DNA of 61,522 nt, filler included, from Platydemus manokwari (GCA_037951405.1; 6 parts of 6 records of this genome joined end to end with filler, not necessarily neighbours in it), one strand, 5' to 3'; counted from the whole stretch's first letter, positions 13,260 through 27,560 are shown. Program-made: numbers and translations. The notes: generated by a model from the sequence alone, not told the origin.

Positions 13260-13800
13260 AAAATTGCATGATGAAGAGGCATTATCTCAACAGTTAAACC
13301 ATGATTATAAAAACAAGATATTTTAAAATAAAGAAAGATAATGTAAATTTAGTTGTAACGTCTAAGAAATCTAGTGAGTGTTATAATTTTATTTCAGCAG
13401 TTATTGATTTATATACAAGATATGGATGATATATTTCTTTGAAATATAAAAATATATTTAATTTGAAGCTTTTAAAAATATTTTGGGAAAGATCAAAGAG
13501 CGCCAGATTATATTTGATTTAATAAAAAAGCTGGAATAACAGGTAAAATTCTGGAAATCATTAAAGAAATATTTGAGGAACATAATCGTGACAATGAAAT
13601 CTTAAAAGAAAAAATCAAAATTTAAAGCTTGGGATAAAATAAGAATATTTAAATATAAAAATAATTTCTAATACCATAAAATTTACAAAGGAAATACTTG
13701 TTAGTAATGAGTTTAGTAAAACTAATCCTATAATTTATAAATTAATAGGTTTAAAAATTGAAAAAATATTTGGGAAGGTTTTATCAAAATTGATTGATTA
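13260..13800 (+). mobile_element. Maverick/Polinton-type rve integrase remnant
   Basis: Fragments YNFISAVIDLYTRYG*YISLKYK (cf. YILTVIDVFSKYAWAVPLKNK) and KSKFKAWDKIRIFKYKNNF...FTKEIL...TNPIIYKLIGL (cf. KPKFKVGDKVRISKYK..F.KG...W..EIF...TNP.TY.L), typical of Polinton integrases. Confidence 0.65.
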
Positions 13801-14067
13801 AAACAATTCCGGAGTTTGATTCAATCAGTAGAGTACTCCATTCCAGATCATAAAATAATCACAGTTCTTTCAATTTATAAGACTATCTTATTAACTAAGA
13901 GTTCCATATTTATTATTATACTTATTTTTCTTTTTGTACTTCAAATTATGATAATTATTACAGTAAAAATAATTGCAAGCCAGTATTATTTTATAAAGTT
14001 AATTATAAAGTTGAAAAGTTAGGACATAAAATTATCTATTTAAGAACAATTATTAAAAAAAATTGTT

Positions 14068-14447
14068 ATCTTTTGATAAAAATTTATGAAACATTTTAAA
14101 TTTAAATTTTCAAATTCTCACATCAAATAACATAAATAACAATTTCTGTTTTTCTGTCTCTTCTTTAAATCTACTTCGAATCTTCCTTACTTCCTTAATA
14201 TTCTCTCTATTTCTTCTCTTCATTGTTCTATGTCTTCCTCCTCCTCTATGCTTCCACGCCATGTATCTCTTCAGAACTGTAGCCAAAGAGGTGGTTCTTT
14301 GTAAGTCGCTATTATTTTATGAACAAAGCATTGGAATCTAACTGAAAAATCTCGACACCAAATAATCAATTTAATCACAATTATTTAAACGTAATATCTT
14401 TTGATAATAAATTATAAAACATTTTATATTTAAATTTTCAAATTCTC
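14068..14447 (+). repeat. ~50-bp imperfect direct repeat pair (14068-14119, 14396-14447) flanking a ~280-bp insert
   Basis: ATCTTTTGATAAAAATTTATGAAACATTTTAAATTTAAATTTTCAAATTCTC vs ATCTTTTGATAATAAATTATAAAACATTTTATATTTAAATTTTCAAATTCTC. Confidence 0.75.
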
Positions 14448-14577
14448 TGAACCATAATAATAATAATAATTAATGTTATTATAAAAATAATGATAATTAT
14501 AATTTAATAATAATAATTTGAGCAAATATAAATAAATGTATAAAATATTGACTAATGTTTATAATATTATTTTTAAG

Positions 14578-17500
14578 ATTCCTATTTCGATTCGTCTACA
14601 AAACAATTGATTATATTATCGAATCAGAAGAATTCGCAGCAGCCGATCGAGTGAATAAAAAAGATTATATTCATAAATTAAAAAGTCTGGAATGTGATCG
14701 ACGACTACTCAATAACGCGTTCAAAAAAGAAAACGAGCGTTTCTTAAAGGAAAAGTATCAAAAATTCAAAAAGGAAGTCGAAAACCATTTCAATTTAGAA
14801 GAAACGAAATTAAAAGTGGTGAATGAAGTCGTCAATAACCATGGCCAATTGTTCGGTATGACGAATAACGATGACATTGATCGGGAAATTATGAATTTGA
14901 CTCAGAATGCAATCTTTAGAAATTTCAAAGAATTCATTGAAGATCAAAACATGCTTAAAAAATGCTGTGATGAAATGCTGACGAAATTCCTTCAGCAATT
15001 TGCTGAACATCAGAAGAAAAAAGATTCCATCAATATTAAAATGAAACGTCACATCGATTCTGTTATGAATTACATCAAAGGTGATCTGACAACAATTGAC
15101 TTCAACGATTTGATTGGACTTCCCGATTATCAGCGAAAAGTTTTCCAGCTTATTTCTCCGATCTTAGTTCCGGGAATAGAGTTTAAAAATGCCATTAAAA
15201 AAGAAATCGAAAGTTGGTTCGCTTGGATTATTTCGAAAATCAATTTAGCCAATATTCAAAAGTTCTACGAAGATACCCGCTATTACGTGCAGAACAAATC
15301 GGCATCATACTACAACAAATTTATGAGCAAAAAACGAAACATCAAAGGAATCATGGATTGTTTGTTTGAGGCACCCTATCAAGTGACGAAAGACTTTGAA
15401 AAATACTTGGCAGAAGATATGAATTATCTGGCAAAAAATATCGATTTACTAGATGAAGATATGCGAAATAAGGAAAAAGTCATTCAGACATACAAGGTAG
15501 GAATTAAAAATAAAAAATATTAAAATTTTTTGTAGAATTACAGTTTGATATCTTAAATTTGAATAGTGGAGTTTATGCCTCTTTATTTAGTCTTTCTATT
15601 CTCTTGGTTAAAAATTCTCTTACCGGAACTCATAAAACATATTGAAATCATTTGATAATGTAACTTAGATAATAATAACTTAGATTATGTTCCTTATTTT
15701 TAAACAATCCAGTAGTTATTTAAAACAACTTATGGTTTATTTTAGGTTACAATATATATATAATATTCAAATAATTATTAGGAAATAAAAGAGACGCTGA
15801 AAAATATCAACAACGATCTCAGTTCATTCAGTATGCTTTATTTGCAAAAAGAAAAGAACGACATTATGAGAGAAAAAATGGAAATAGTTTCCATTGATTC
15901 AGAGCCAACCGAAACGAGTACAAAGCCAATTCTATTCAACAGAAATAGATTAGTTTATAAAGGATATTTTAAAGATTCTCCTCTGACCGATTCTGCTATA
16001 TTAATTTACAAAAATGTCGACGGAAAAACCTGGTCAGACCTTTATCAAGAGTATCTGAAACATAAGTAAGCTTTCATTTTGGAAATGTTCTCAAATTTAT
16101 TTTAATATTGAATAATACGTTTCTATAAGTAACGGACTATTTGGGGTGTTTCATTTGTGCCTCTTTATTTATGTCTTCATAATTGATATCAATACCGATA
16201 AATTAGTTCTGATCATTTGGAACTAGCATAAAAATCTTCAACATTTATTGCTGATCATTCTTTTTTGGTCACCACCAAGAACGTTGTATCTAACAATGTA
16301 CTTATTCATCTGAATATAATCTATATTGTGCAAATATTTTCTGTTTAAATTCAGAGAACTGCCAAGAATCCTGTCAAATCCAGACGATTTAGAGCAATTG
16401 CAATGCTTCGTGAAGTTTCGATTCCATATTTTGTCTAGTATCAATGAGACCAAGGATTTATATCCTATGTTTTTTATTAATGGATTTGATCACTCTCTTC
16501 GGACTTATATCAATGAATTCCGATCATCCAAACAGAACTCTAAAGATCGGGAAAAACTACTATGGAATGAAATATGTCGTTTGCTTGGTCAAATTCTGAA
16601 TGGCTTACGTTATTTGCATAAGAAAGAATTATGTCATTACGACCTGACAATGGACTCAATTGGAGTGAGTTTTCATCTTTTAGTGTTGTCTTGAAAACAT
16701 ATTCTAAATAAAATTTAGTGTTAAGATAACAGTATTTTTCGTTGAAAAGAATTTTTTGCATTATCATAGCTCTGATTGGTCATTGGATTTGTTTGTATAA
16801 TGGTGTAGGTATGTACACATGGAATAGATTTCCCAGATGCTGAAAGTCGTTCTTTTAATTATATATCACTCTTCTTATCGAATAAAATCTCTGTTATATA
16901 AAATTAATTAGAAAAATTCCATTGAATAAATTGCCATTAAGAGCTTTGATTTAAAATTCAAACGTGAAATCGATAAAATTAATTCGATTAGAATGACTAA
17001 TTGAACCTCTAAATACTTAATTTTAAAAGATTTAATTTCAAATATTTTTATTAAGATTTTCAATAATTTCTGTGGTTTAAATCTGATTCAATCAATTATT
17101 TGAATGGATTTTATAACCGTTTCAATCAAAATCACGACGTTGAATATGTTTACAACAAAATAATAATACAATTTTATGTACAAATACTTTTGTGTAAGAT
17201 AAACTGAAATGAAACTCAAATATAATTACAACACTCTGAAGACCATCATAATTATTAAGTATATATTAATATAATGACACACACGGAAAACAGGTGCGCA
17301 CAGTTGTAAAATGTCTGCTCACACAAAGAGAAAACGTCAGCGCACAAAAGTTCCTTACTGATAACAAAGCATAGCTCAATGCTAAAATTTTGTTTAAATA
17401 TCAATTTTGAGAATGGGATTTTTATTTTCTTTAGTAATGAAAAAAATAAAATTCAAGATTAGATGGCATTTGATGAGACAAAGTTGAAATCATATTGTTG

Positions 17501-19169
17501 CATTGAGTTTGGAAATGACGAAATCTCTGCTTTGTGTAAGAAATATTCGACTTTTCTTAATGCACCAGAGTGAGTTATTGGAAAACAAATGTTATGCTCA
17601 AAGAAAATTGAAATCAAATCTGTGAACAGTTTTCTAAACCTTGTGCAACGTGCTTACAAAAGTCAAAAATATTCTGATTTGGCAAAGTTGTTGGACATTG
17701 CTGAGACATTTATGGCATCGAGTGCAGAGTGTGAAAGTAAATTTAGTTTAATGAATTCCATTAAAATCAAGCAAATAAACAGAATAAACATCTGAACATG
17801 GTTGTAATAATTAAGAAGTATATTCAAAGTAATGGTGTGGTGTTGATTTAAATTGTGTGTACAAAGCATGGGTACAGGCAAAAGACCGAAGGTCGAAGAA
17901 CTAGAATATTTGTACACAATCGACACAAACAAAAAGTAGAATGCTCAATTTATTTGCATTAAGTAATTGTTTTAGTGTAGCTTCTAGTGTAAACTTCAAC
18001 AGTTTATTGTACCTCTACTATTAGTCTTCTAAAGAAATAAAGAGTCTGTAAAATGAATAAATTATTTTCTTGTCTTATGTTCATTCTTGTGCACACAGTG
18101 TAGACAAATAATTTCAGTTTGTCAAATATTGCACACAGAGACTTGCAAAAATTAGAGGGAAGTTGGGTATTGCCTTTAAATTAAATTTCTGATGTATGGT
18201 TTTACTTCGATAGAACAAGAAAATTATGTAAATCAATCTTTTATAGCAGTGTCCGTAAGTGTCCTCAATAGATTTTATCAGTGTTTAAGACTAATGACAC
18301 CGTAACCACTAATATAGATTTGTTTGGATTGTAGATACTTAGTATTTAATTTGAATTCCGGATGAACGACGTTCAGGCTTGAATTTTGGTAGAAATCTGT
18401 AATAAATAGTAATTATGTTATCATTTAAACATTTAGAAAATTGTTTTACTAAAATGAAATGGTACTTAAATCACGTTAGCGTTATATTCGTTGAATAATT
18501 TCTGGCGGTCTATATAATTTTTTTCCCCTTTTTTATATTAATGATTTTCTTTATTATATTTTGCTTTATATTTATGGATTTTATGTATAATATTTTTATC
18601 CATTTGTTTTGCTATTACTATAATTACTATTATTATATATTATAGGGTTGTACTATTATTACTTTTAATATTATTATTGATATTGATACTCGATTTTGAA
18701 ATAATTATTTTCAAAATTACCATTTCAGTATAGTTCTATGTATGCTGCTATAAAATTGTCAAGTATCTCATTAGAAACTGAGGTGAAAATTGATTATTCC
18801 ATCACATCAAAATCGTACATAGAAGAAGTCTCACATTTTCCCGTAGAAATTCTGGACAAAAACACCAGACATAAATATACGTCAAAGTCAGATATCTATT
18901 GTTTAGGGAACGTTCTTTACCAAGCATGGATCAATATTCATCCGTTTTTCGATGTGATTCATAATCGAGATATCGAGACCGTAGATCAATTTGTAGACAT
19001 ACTGAAGACTCATAAATTAAATAGCATCACTCTTGAAGATATGTTTGTTGGAGGTTTTGGTGGCATGATTTATTCTTGGTCCTTGCTATGCTGGAAGTAC
19101 CATTACACTGCAGAATCTTTCTACTCTTATTTACAAAATCCACTTTATTATGTGAATCAAGATGATTGA
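14578..19169 (+). CDS. 5'-partial gene: long helical region + protein-kinase-fold domain, predicted pseudokinase. Exons 14578-15496, 15782-16065, 16355-16664, 18729-19169
   Basis: All three introns are GT-AG and phase-consistent (0, 2, 0). Kinase landmarks: LVYKG, GQILNGLRYLHKKELCHYDL, HFPVE, YTSKSDIYCLGNVLYQAW, CW. The first exon follows a branch-like TGACTAAT and TTTTAAG acceptor, so upstream exons are probably missing. AATAAA at ~19213. Confidence 0.85.
17270..18165 (+). mobile_element. hAT transposon remnant in intron 3 of the kinase gene
   Basis: YSDLAKLLDIAETFMASSAECESKFSLMNSIKIKQINRI matches the hAT C-terminal dimerisation motif (SSAECERGFS.MN.IK..RNRL). Ends in hAT-like terminus AAAATTAGAGGGAAGTTG. 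Left boundary approximate. Confidence 0.75.
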
Positions 19170-19309
19170 TTATTCGAAACTATTGCCAAATTTGTTGCTA
19201 TGGAATACAAAGAATAAAACCGTTTTTTATAATTATAACGTTGATTTTTATTTTTTAGAACTTTTTGAAAATATAATTTCAATATAAATATTGTGTGACT
19301 CATGTGCGG

Positions 19310-19409
19310 NNNNNNNNNNNNNNNNNNNNNNNNNNNNNNNNNNNNNNNNNNNNTTAATTAATTAANNNNNNNNNNNNNNNNNNNNNNNNNNNNNNNNNNN
19401 NNNNNNNNN
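19310..19409. other. Artificial 100-bp linker
   Basis: 44N-TTAATTAATTAA-44N. Confidence 0.95.
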
Positions 19410-20032
19410 AATTGTCAAAATATTTCATTCCATAATACACAAATATTTTTTAATTCTTTAACATGCAAATCCCTTAATATCTCAAAGCAAGATATATATG
19501 ACTTATACCACTTTCATAATCAAGGGCACATTTATTCTGTGCTATACAATTTCGAATATGTAATAATCGTGACTATCAAACTACAAACCGGTTCCATTAA
19601 CGGATTACTGGCAAACAAGATTTTGAAATGCTTTATATCTAATATTGAGATCATTTTTTAATGAGCACATAATATCCTAACAGCTTCGTTCGGTCTGTTG
19701 AAATGGAAAAACTGTGATGTAATCAATGTGTATTTACATCATACAATTTACGACCAGATTGTCAAATATAACATAAAAACAACAAAATCAAACTCTTTTT
19801 ATTCGCATCTTAAACAAATGGAATAAAAATAATAAACACTGGTTGAGCATTAGTCGTAAGTCTGAAAACAAGTCAAACAGAAACACTGAACCAACAAAAA
19901 TATATTAGGGCCACGTAAATGCCGTGATTGGCGCAATATAAACAAAGCTAGAACGGATAGAGTATAAAACAAATTATCTGTATAAATTACATGTATAAAC
20001 TCGGTTGCAGTTTGTAGAATCTCTAAAAATAT

Positions 20033-23000
20033 TCATGAATGTCCCGTGTCCATGTCGCCATGGCACTGCGCTAAATGACTACTCATTTCTGATGGCTTAT
20101 TGGTTAAAAATGCCTGACACCACGGACAACGCTTGAAAGTGCACTTAATGGCCATATCCGAATCGGTTGTGTTATTTTTCGTATTGGATATCAAATCTGT
20201 ACCCACATCCACATCCAGTTCACCTTCCGTGGCATCAGAAATAGCCTCATAAGCCACCTCATACGATGCATCAATTTCTGTTGTTTTCACATCGGATTTT
20301 CTTTCAATTTCCACACTCGTCGAAGATTGTTCCGGCGTTTGGAAACCTTCATCGTTTTCATTCTTAATACCAACTGATTTATTGAGTGATCCAATATCTT
20401 TGATATTATATTCTTTCATAAATTGATGGAGAATATCACCCTACAAAATCAATCATATCAAATTACAATTCCGATCGTGAAACATAAATAATATCTCGAA
20501 AAACTGGAATCATTATCAATGGTGTAAACACAGATATCAACTGCAATCATAGCATGCAATCAATGTTTATGTTAATAACAAGACTAAAGGTGAAGCAATG
20601 TGTTTCCATTCAATTTGTCAATGTAAACACATTTAATGTATAAATATAATATCAGTAGTATATTTTATTTATTTATTATTAAGAAATATTACAACAGCGA
20701 TATGAGAAAGTTATTAAATTTTTTAATTACTGCAACAAATAAGTGAATTATATGCATATTTTCTACTCACAAATGATATTAGAGAATAAAATGAAGGAAT
20801 ACAACGTCATATATGATGACGTAATTCTGTTAATCATTTTATATAGACATTTAGTACTTCGGTTTGTGATGACGTAACATGGGCAGTATAGTAGGCTATT
20901 TCAATAACCAAAAAATCGTTATTATTGAAGAGATATTTTAATTAAAATAATAGAAAAATTTAATAGAAATAGTGTTGTCGCTTTTAAACGATTCACTTAA
21001 TAATAATAATAATGGAATTATTATCACAACACATACAAAATATCACGAAATAATATCGTGTAAAGAGATTATTTTAAAGAGGATCCTTAATTACATCCAT
21101 CCATGTTAATGTATCAGTGGTATGTTGACAGGGAAAATAACAGAAAACAACAACATCAAAAATCCATTTTAAAAACCCAACCATTCAACCCCCCTCCATC
21201 ACACACAGAAAACGTGTACAATAAATAGATCTGACATTTCTAATAACATACCACATGAAATGATTTGAGTCAGAAATAATCTTACCGGTGGTGGAGAGTA
21301 GTGATGGAGAAGAGTTATCAGATATGAATTCTGTACATCGGGTTTTCTAACATGTGGCGGCGCCAGTCGACATCGTTTCAAGTGTTTCGGGACATCCCAT
21401 TTCCATTTACTGCGATAACTGCAGAACTTGCAGCCAAAAGACCGATGTTCACTATGGGTTATCATATGGGTGAATAGTTCACTGCGCCACCGTGCTGTTG
21501 CATCGCACACCAAACATTTGAGTGTCTTTTCTCTCGAATTCAATGAGTCTATGATTGCCGGTTCTTTTTTTGATGTTATTCTTTTGCATTTATTCGATGA
21601 AATTGGAGTCGATGTGGCCAAATGGTTATCTAAATCAGGCGGGACGAGCTTATCAATTTGTAAATCACTATTATTATTATTGGTATTATTGTTATGATTA
21701 TTGATTGGAAAAGCAGGATTGCTCGGTGTCGTAGTCCAAGGACAGATTTGTACTGGTTTCGATAGCAACTGAATTGTGGAATGAGATTGGAAATGATGAC
21801 TCAATTGTATCGGATGAATGCATCCGAAACCACAAACCAAGCATATCCAAATCATTTCCATTTCATGGACGGCACCAACGTGTTGGATCATATCGTAACG
21901 GGTTGGCAGAATCAGATTACATAAACAGCAACTCATTCGATTATTGAAGGTTTCCAGGGGTTCTGAATTCGTACGAATGATGGCATTGAATTGATTCATC
22001 AAAAGCTTTTGAAAGAGATTCACTGGTATTTGATACGATTTCACTCCAATAAGTATCGACATGTGCAACATTTTGAAATGATCGTTCAATTCTAAGATGG
22101 TGTCCGAACGAAAAGTACATTGAAAACATCGGAATGTCATTCGTGACAAACCCGACGGTTTGGGCGTTGTTCGTAAATCGAGAGCTCCATTATTGGGTTT
22201 ACGTAAATCGAGCACGTTTTCTGTCGATTCGGAAATGATCGACTTGGAAAAATTACCATTGACAACGACATTATTGGCAAATTTTACAACATTATTGCTA
22301 TTATTAGGTTTTAAAACCAAAGGCATGTTATTCATGGCTATGGGCTGAATCATTGACAATCTTTTCGATGAAACACTGGAACAATTCTCCTTATTATCAT
22401 CATTCGTATCCAATTGTAAACTCATTCTTTTTCGATTGACTTTATTATATGTATTTTCCATTTCGTCATTATTGTTGAAAATAATTTGAGAAATTGACGG
22501 TTCATTTTTAATGGAAAAATTACCAGATTCCGATCCGTTCGGATAAATAACGACATTTGTACTGGCAAACATTGGTTGAAGATTCATATTCATTGTCTGT
22601 GGAGCACGATCTTGAGAACCAACTGGATTGTATGAATTTGGATTGTTGGACAAATGCTTGTCTTTCCAGTGTTTATTCAACGATTTCTTGTGTTGATAAA
22701 CCGAACAACAAAGTGAACATTTGTAGCTTGTTCGATTGTTTTCGGCTTTTAACTTGAAATTGGTATAAAATAAATAAAAAATCTTTATAGAACAAATCAT
22801 TTACCGATTGATATTTCCAACTTTCGACTGGTCGTCGTGAAATTCTATCCAAACTGTTCTCATTGGAGATATCATGATTTTCCTTATCATCACTATCTTT
22901 TAAATGATCCGATGTCGATTCAGTATAGAAGTTATTTTCCGTATTGTCCAATGCTGGACAAGCAGTTTTCATATTATCAGTTAAATTTTCTACATTCTGT

Positions 23001-23044
23001 AAATCTAACGAATCTATTTCTTCTTTTAATCGATAAATCTCCAT
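20033..23044 (-). CDS. Multi-C2H2 zinc-finger protein, ~704 aa. Exons 23044-22805, 22752-21286, 20440-20033
   Basis: Phase-0 GT-AG introns (52 bp and 845 bp); in-frame TAA upstream of ATG 23044. About 7 dispersed fingers: CSLC..HWKDKH, CFQC..HFKMLH, CCLC..HVGAVH, CLVC..HFQSH, CLVC..HMITH, CKFC..HLKRC, CPWC..HLAQCH. Confidence 0.9.
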
Positions 23045-26000
23045 TGACAATGTTTAGAGAATCTTTATTAAAAGATAATTATAAGTGATTGCAGTAGGAT
23101 TTAACTGGATATTCCACAAGGAAGCTCAGCCAATCGTTATCGTATGTGTGTGTTAGCATTGTTAGAGATACATCTTTACTGCATTACCTAATGCTTTCAT
23201 TGAATTTACGAGTACCAACACACGACGAGTAAAGCACACACACATGCAGCTCTGTTACATGAACGCGTGTTGTGTATTCATGATTGTATCATGAACATTA
23301 GAGTTTTTGTTAACAAGCAGTATTTGATAGCACGAATGGAAATTGTAAAACGTGAGCCTTAATTTATGAAAAAAATTATATTTCTTTAATAAAATCATAG
23401 TGCGAATATTCAATATTTTCGTATCTGATGTTACATAATGTTATCATTAGAATCAGTTAATTGACTTTTTAATCCTTGATTAACTCCATTAAATTATAGA
23501 CACGACTTCAATTACATAATTTTCTATTAACGAATTAATTTCGGTATAGTCGACATATTAATCCATGAATTTTTAATATAATCTTCGATTATTAATATGA
23601 CATCTAGAATGAAATAATCCTTATTAACTGTATATGATAATCAATAAATTTAAATTAATAATTTTCTATTTTGTTATTCTCTAAATCTTATAGGTATTTT
23701 TGTAAATTTCTTTAAATGACTTGAAATGCCACTTTACGATCGAATGATATAAATTAAGTTCCATTGAGATTTCTACTAAAATCAATATGACTAAATCCTA
23801 ATCAACCATAATGAAATGATATTGAGACCTCTATTACAAATCAATAAAGACTGGCAGTGCCAAGTTATGAATATTAAACTACAAACCATAATGCCACATA
23901 TAACATGACTCATGACATTTAATGTTCTGACATGGAGCAATCATAGATGATTTACACATAGATTTGGAGAGAGTGAATTCTCGGTATGCATCTGTACAAG
24001 ACTTTGTTTCCTCGGATAGTGTGTGTGTGTGTGTGTTTGTGCCAATCTTTTTCAATATTTGTATTGGTGATTCTTTAACCATGGTTGTCAGCTGTGATGT
24101 TTTCCCCGTAAAAGTTTGCGACAGATAGGATTAAATTAGGCAATCAAAGTGATTGTAAATGTTTATGTTTATCTACCAATTTCAGTGAATGTCTTTGTTC
24201 GATTAAGCATTGAGTCAGCATCGAAAAATGATTTTTCTTCTGACTATCGTGACAACATCTGTAATTGTGCCGCATTTCTAACATGTGATATTCGAGGTTG
24301 AATTTTTTGAGACAGAAATTTTATACCGTAATGGAACAATGGATAAAGAGTTGGTGAATTAATTCACGAATGAAATTTGATGATTGCGTATCTGTGCTAG
24401 ATAGACATTTTGGTAATTATTTCTGTTAAAATAATATAAACTCTCTCAGTTGGTTACACGTTGGCTATTCGAAGTTTAAATTTTAGACGTCTTTGGCGTT
24501 TACATTCATACATTGTTTGTCTTTTTGAACTCCATATTCGAACTGATTTTCAAATACGAATTTTCTTTTCCTGGATACTTTTCAGTGATGAGAAGAATAT
24601 TTTATATTTAAAATAATATTTGATATAAAAATAAAGGACACATTCAAGAAATATATAAAAATAAAAAAATGGAAAAATTATTTTCTTTTTAACAGAAATC
24701 ATCTAATATAAAATTATTTGGAAGAAAAAACATAAAAAAAGAAATAATTTAAAAACATTGTTTTAATACGTCAAATGGAGGCACAATAAACTACCACATT
24801 TACAAAATATTTATAAGTCAATCATCTGAATTAGAAAGAATAATATAATCAAGTGAACATTATAGATAAATGATTTTTTGCCAAAAAACATGCTAATTAT
24901 TCCCGGGAACAAGAAAAATGAACGTTTGTTTTCAAAGGAATTCTTTCCACTAGAAATTTTCATTAAAAATTTACAAAACATGTCAATTAACCTTTAGAGT
25001 TACGTCATGATCATTTGTTGCTACAATAATCCTTAAAAAATGGAATTTCCGATGCCATGTCTAATCTATCTATAGGTGTTGCGTAACTATTATGTGGTCA
25101 ATCTTTGATGGCTATGCTGATAATTTAAAAAATAAATTGTTCTAAATTAAAGAGGTGATTTAACCCTGTCTCATTATAATTGGTTTTTGTGTGCTATTCG
25201 ATTTTGGAATTATATCTTTTTAAATTTCAACATCAAATTAAATTTTATAAATAACTTTTAATCTTAGAAGAAAATTGATAAAAAAAACAAGGAGATTGAA
25301 TTACCACCGTGCTTTATTATTTTGAGTTGAGAATGTAGTCTTGATAACTGACACTATAAAGATGACTGTAAGACTTTCAACAAATCGGATAAACGATATC
25401 TCGGTTTCAATTAAATATTAAGAAAAAAATCAAATACTTATTTTATCTTTATCTTGTTATTTCAAACTCTAGGCTTGGCAGTGATATCCACAAGTTTTAT
25501 GTACTAACAAATAATTTTAAAATATTTATATTTATAGAAATTCTTAACGTTTGGTGAGGGTTAGCCTGTTCACGGATGTTATTTTTTAGCACACTTTTTG
25601 TAGGACCCAGCTCACCGTTCTATTAATTAATTTTCATTTTCATTAAAATTTGGATGTTAGGATAAAATACAATAGCATTAATAAAATATTCAAATTAAAT
25701 GGGTTTATAATAATTGGAATTTTCGGTTAGATCACAAGCGTTGTCATGACAATTTTAGGTATGGGCATAGTGGTTTGTAATTCAAATATAAGTCGTCAAG
25801 TCAACGTCATAAATCACCATAGTTATGTATTAAATATTAGAATATTAAACATCATCTCACAAACGAAACAGTGTATATACCGAAGTAAAATCATAAATTT
25901 TGCATATAATCGAAGCTCAGAAAAGTTCAGCCACTTAATCTGTTCAAGCTAGAATTCGACAGTTAATCGTTCATACTAGATATCATTACCGGGATTACTT

Positions 26001-27560
26001 CTATAGACAAATTCTTATTGTCGATTGGTATTTGCGGATTAGTTCATTTCACAACGTTTCAATTGATTTATGATGATAATTTCGATTATTTCAATGCAAT
26101 TTAAATTTGAATCAATCTCGATAATGAGATTAGCAGCGAATCAGTGATAAATTAACGAGAAAGCTGTTGGAATTTGTAATCCTTTTGAAATCGGTAGGTA
26201 AGTAAGTTGTCTCCGGTTATTGTTTAAAGCACTCTTCAGATCATTACAGCTTTCTTGTATAAACTTCAGCATAACACCATTGTTAATTTATATTATATGG
26301 AATAAAATTTTCTATCGCTAATGTGATTTTTAACGCTACCTACTAACGATTTTAGATTAAATTACGAATAAATCATCGATCATTGTTTAGTTGATTTGTT
26401 TAAGTTATCAACTACAAGTTTCTATCACGGCGAAACTCATTTATTCATGCATATAACTTTGACTCATTTCCTATTCGTGTTTTGATATAAGTTTTGTTAT
26501 AGAGGTAAATAACCCTAGATGTCTATAGTAAGTTTTATTGATTAATAAGGACAATGGAATCAACGGAATTCTAAATTTGGCATATCAACAGGTGAATCAA
26601 TCTTGCCACTTTACAGACAAAACCGGGAATTATTAATAAAGGTGTGTAACAATGATGCCAAACCAGATATAAATATCACAAACACATCGATATAAAGATT
26701 AATAAAATTCCTTTAATTTTCAAGAAAGGAATTCCAGAAAAACGCACTAGAATAAGTTTCAAATCCGGGAAACTCAAGCTCAGGCAGTTAAAAATGAATT
26801 CTAAAACTTTGATTATCATAATTCCAAGAGTCCAACACTCTTGATGGTATTCTTTAATTATTGCAAATCAACTTCAAGTTAATCGTGGTATGCAATTCTG
26901 TCAAATCACAAACACATTCACATTTTTAATTTCAAGACGAAATTATTTATTGTTGACTTAGATGATTTATAATTTTTTAAAACTATATTAAATCTATATC
27001 TGCAAACATGAAGCGTCATTATATTAGCAAGAATATTTCATCGACCTTCAATTATGTAACAAAATAAGAGCTTACCACTGCCCAATAAAATAAGTGCGCT
27101 GTTTGTGAAATAAATTTAATTCGGATTATTAACAACTCTTATTCACAATATTTAAATCATATCCGAAGCCCGTGCTAATATCGATTAATTGCATCATCAT
27201 TTTATTTTGAAGTAATTTACACACTTATCATATTGCTATTAATATTGTTAACGAGTAGATACGTTTAAAACACTTTTCCATAGCTAATGTATTTAATCAC
27301 TCAACAATCTAGGTTTGAGCTTGTACTCGTTTATTTAATCTTCCAACTAATATGATTTAGTTTCATAATTATTATTATCATAATATATTAAATATAATTT
27401 ATATAGTTTAAAATTATTGTTAAGATTACCGTTTTTCCTTTTTCGATTGGATTTTTCTATTGTCGTTATCTCAAAACAAATTTACTTCGTTTTCAAGTGT
27501 GAGAACTGTATAAAATCATCATCTCAAAATAATCGTTAGTCAAACATTATCACATCAATC

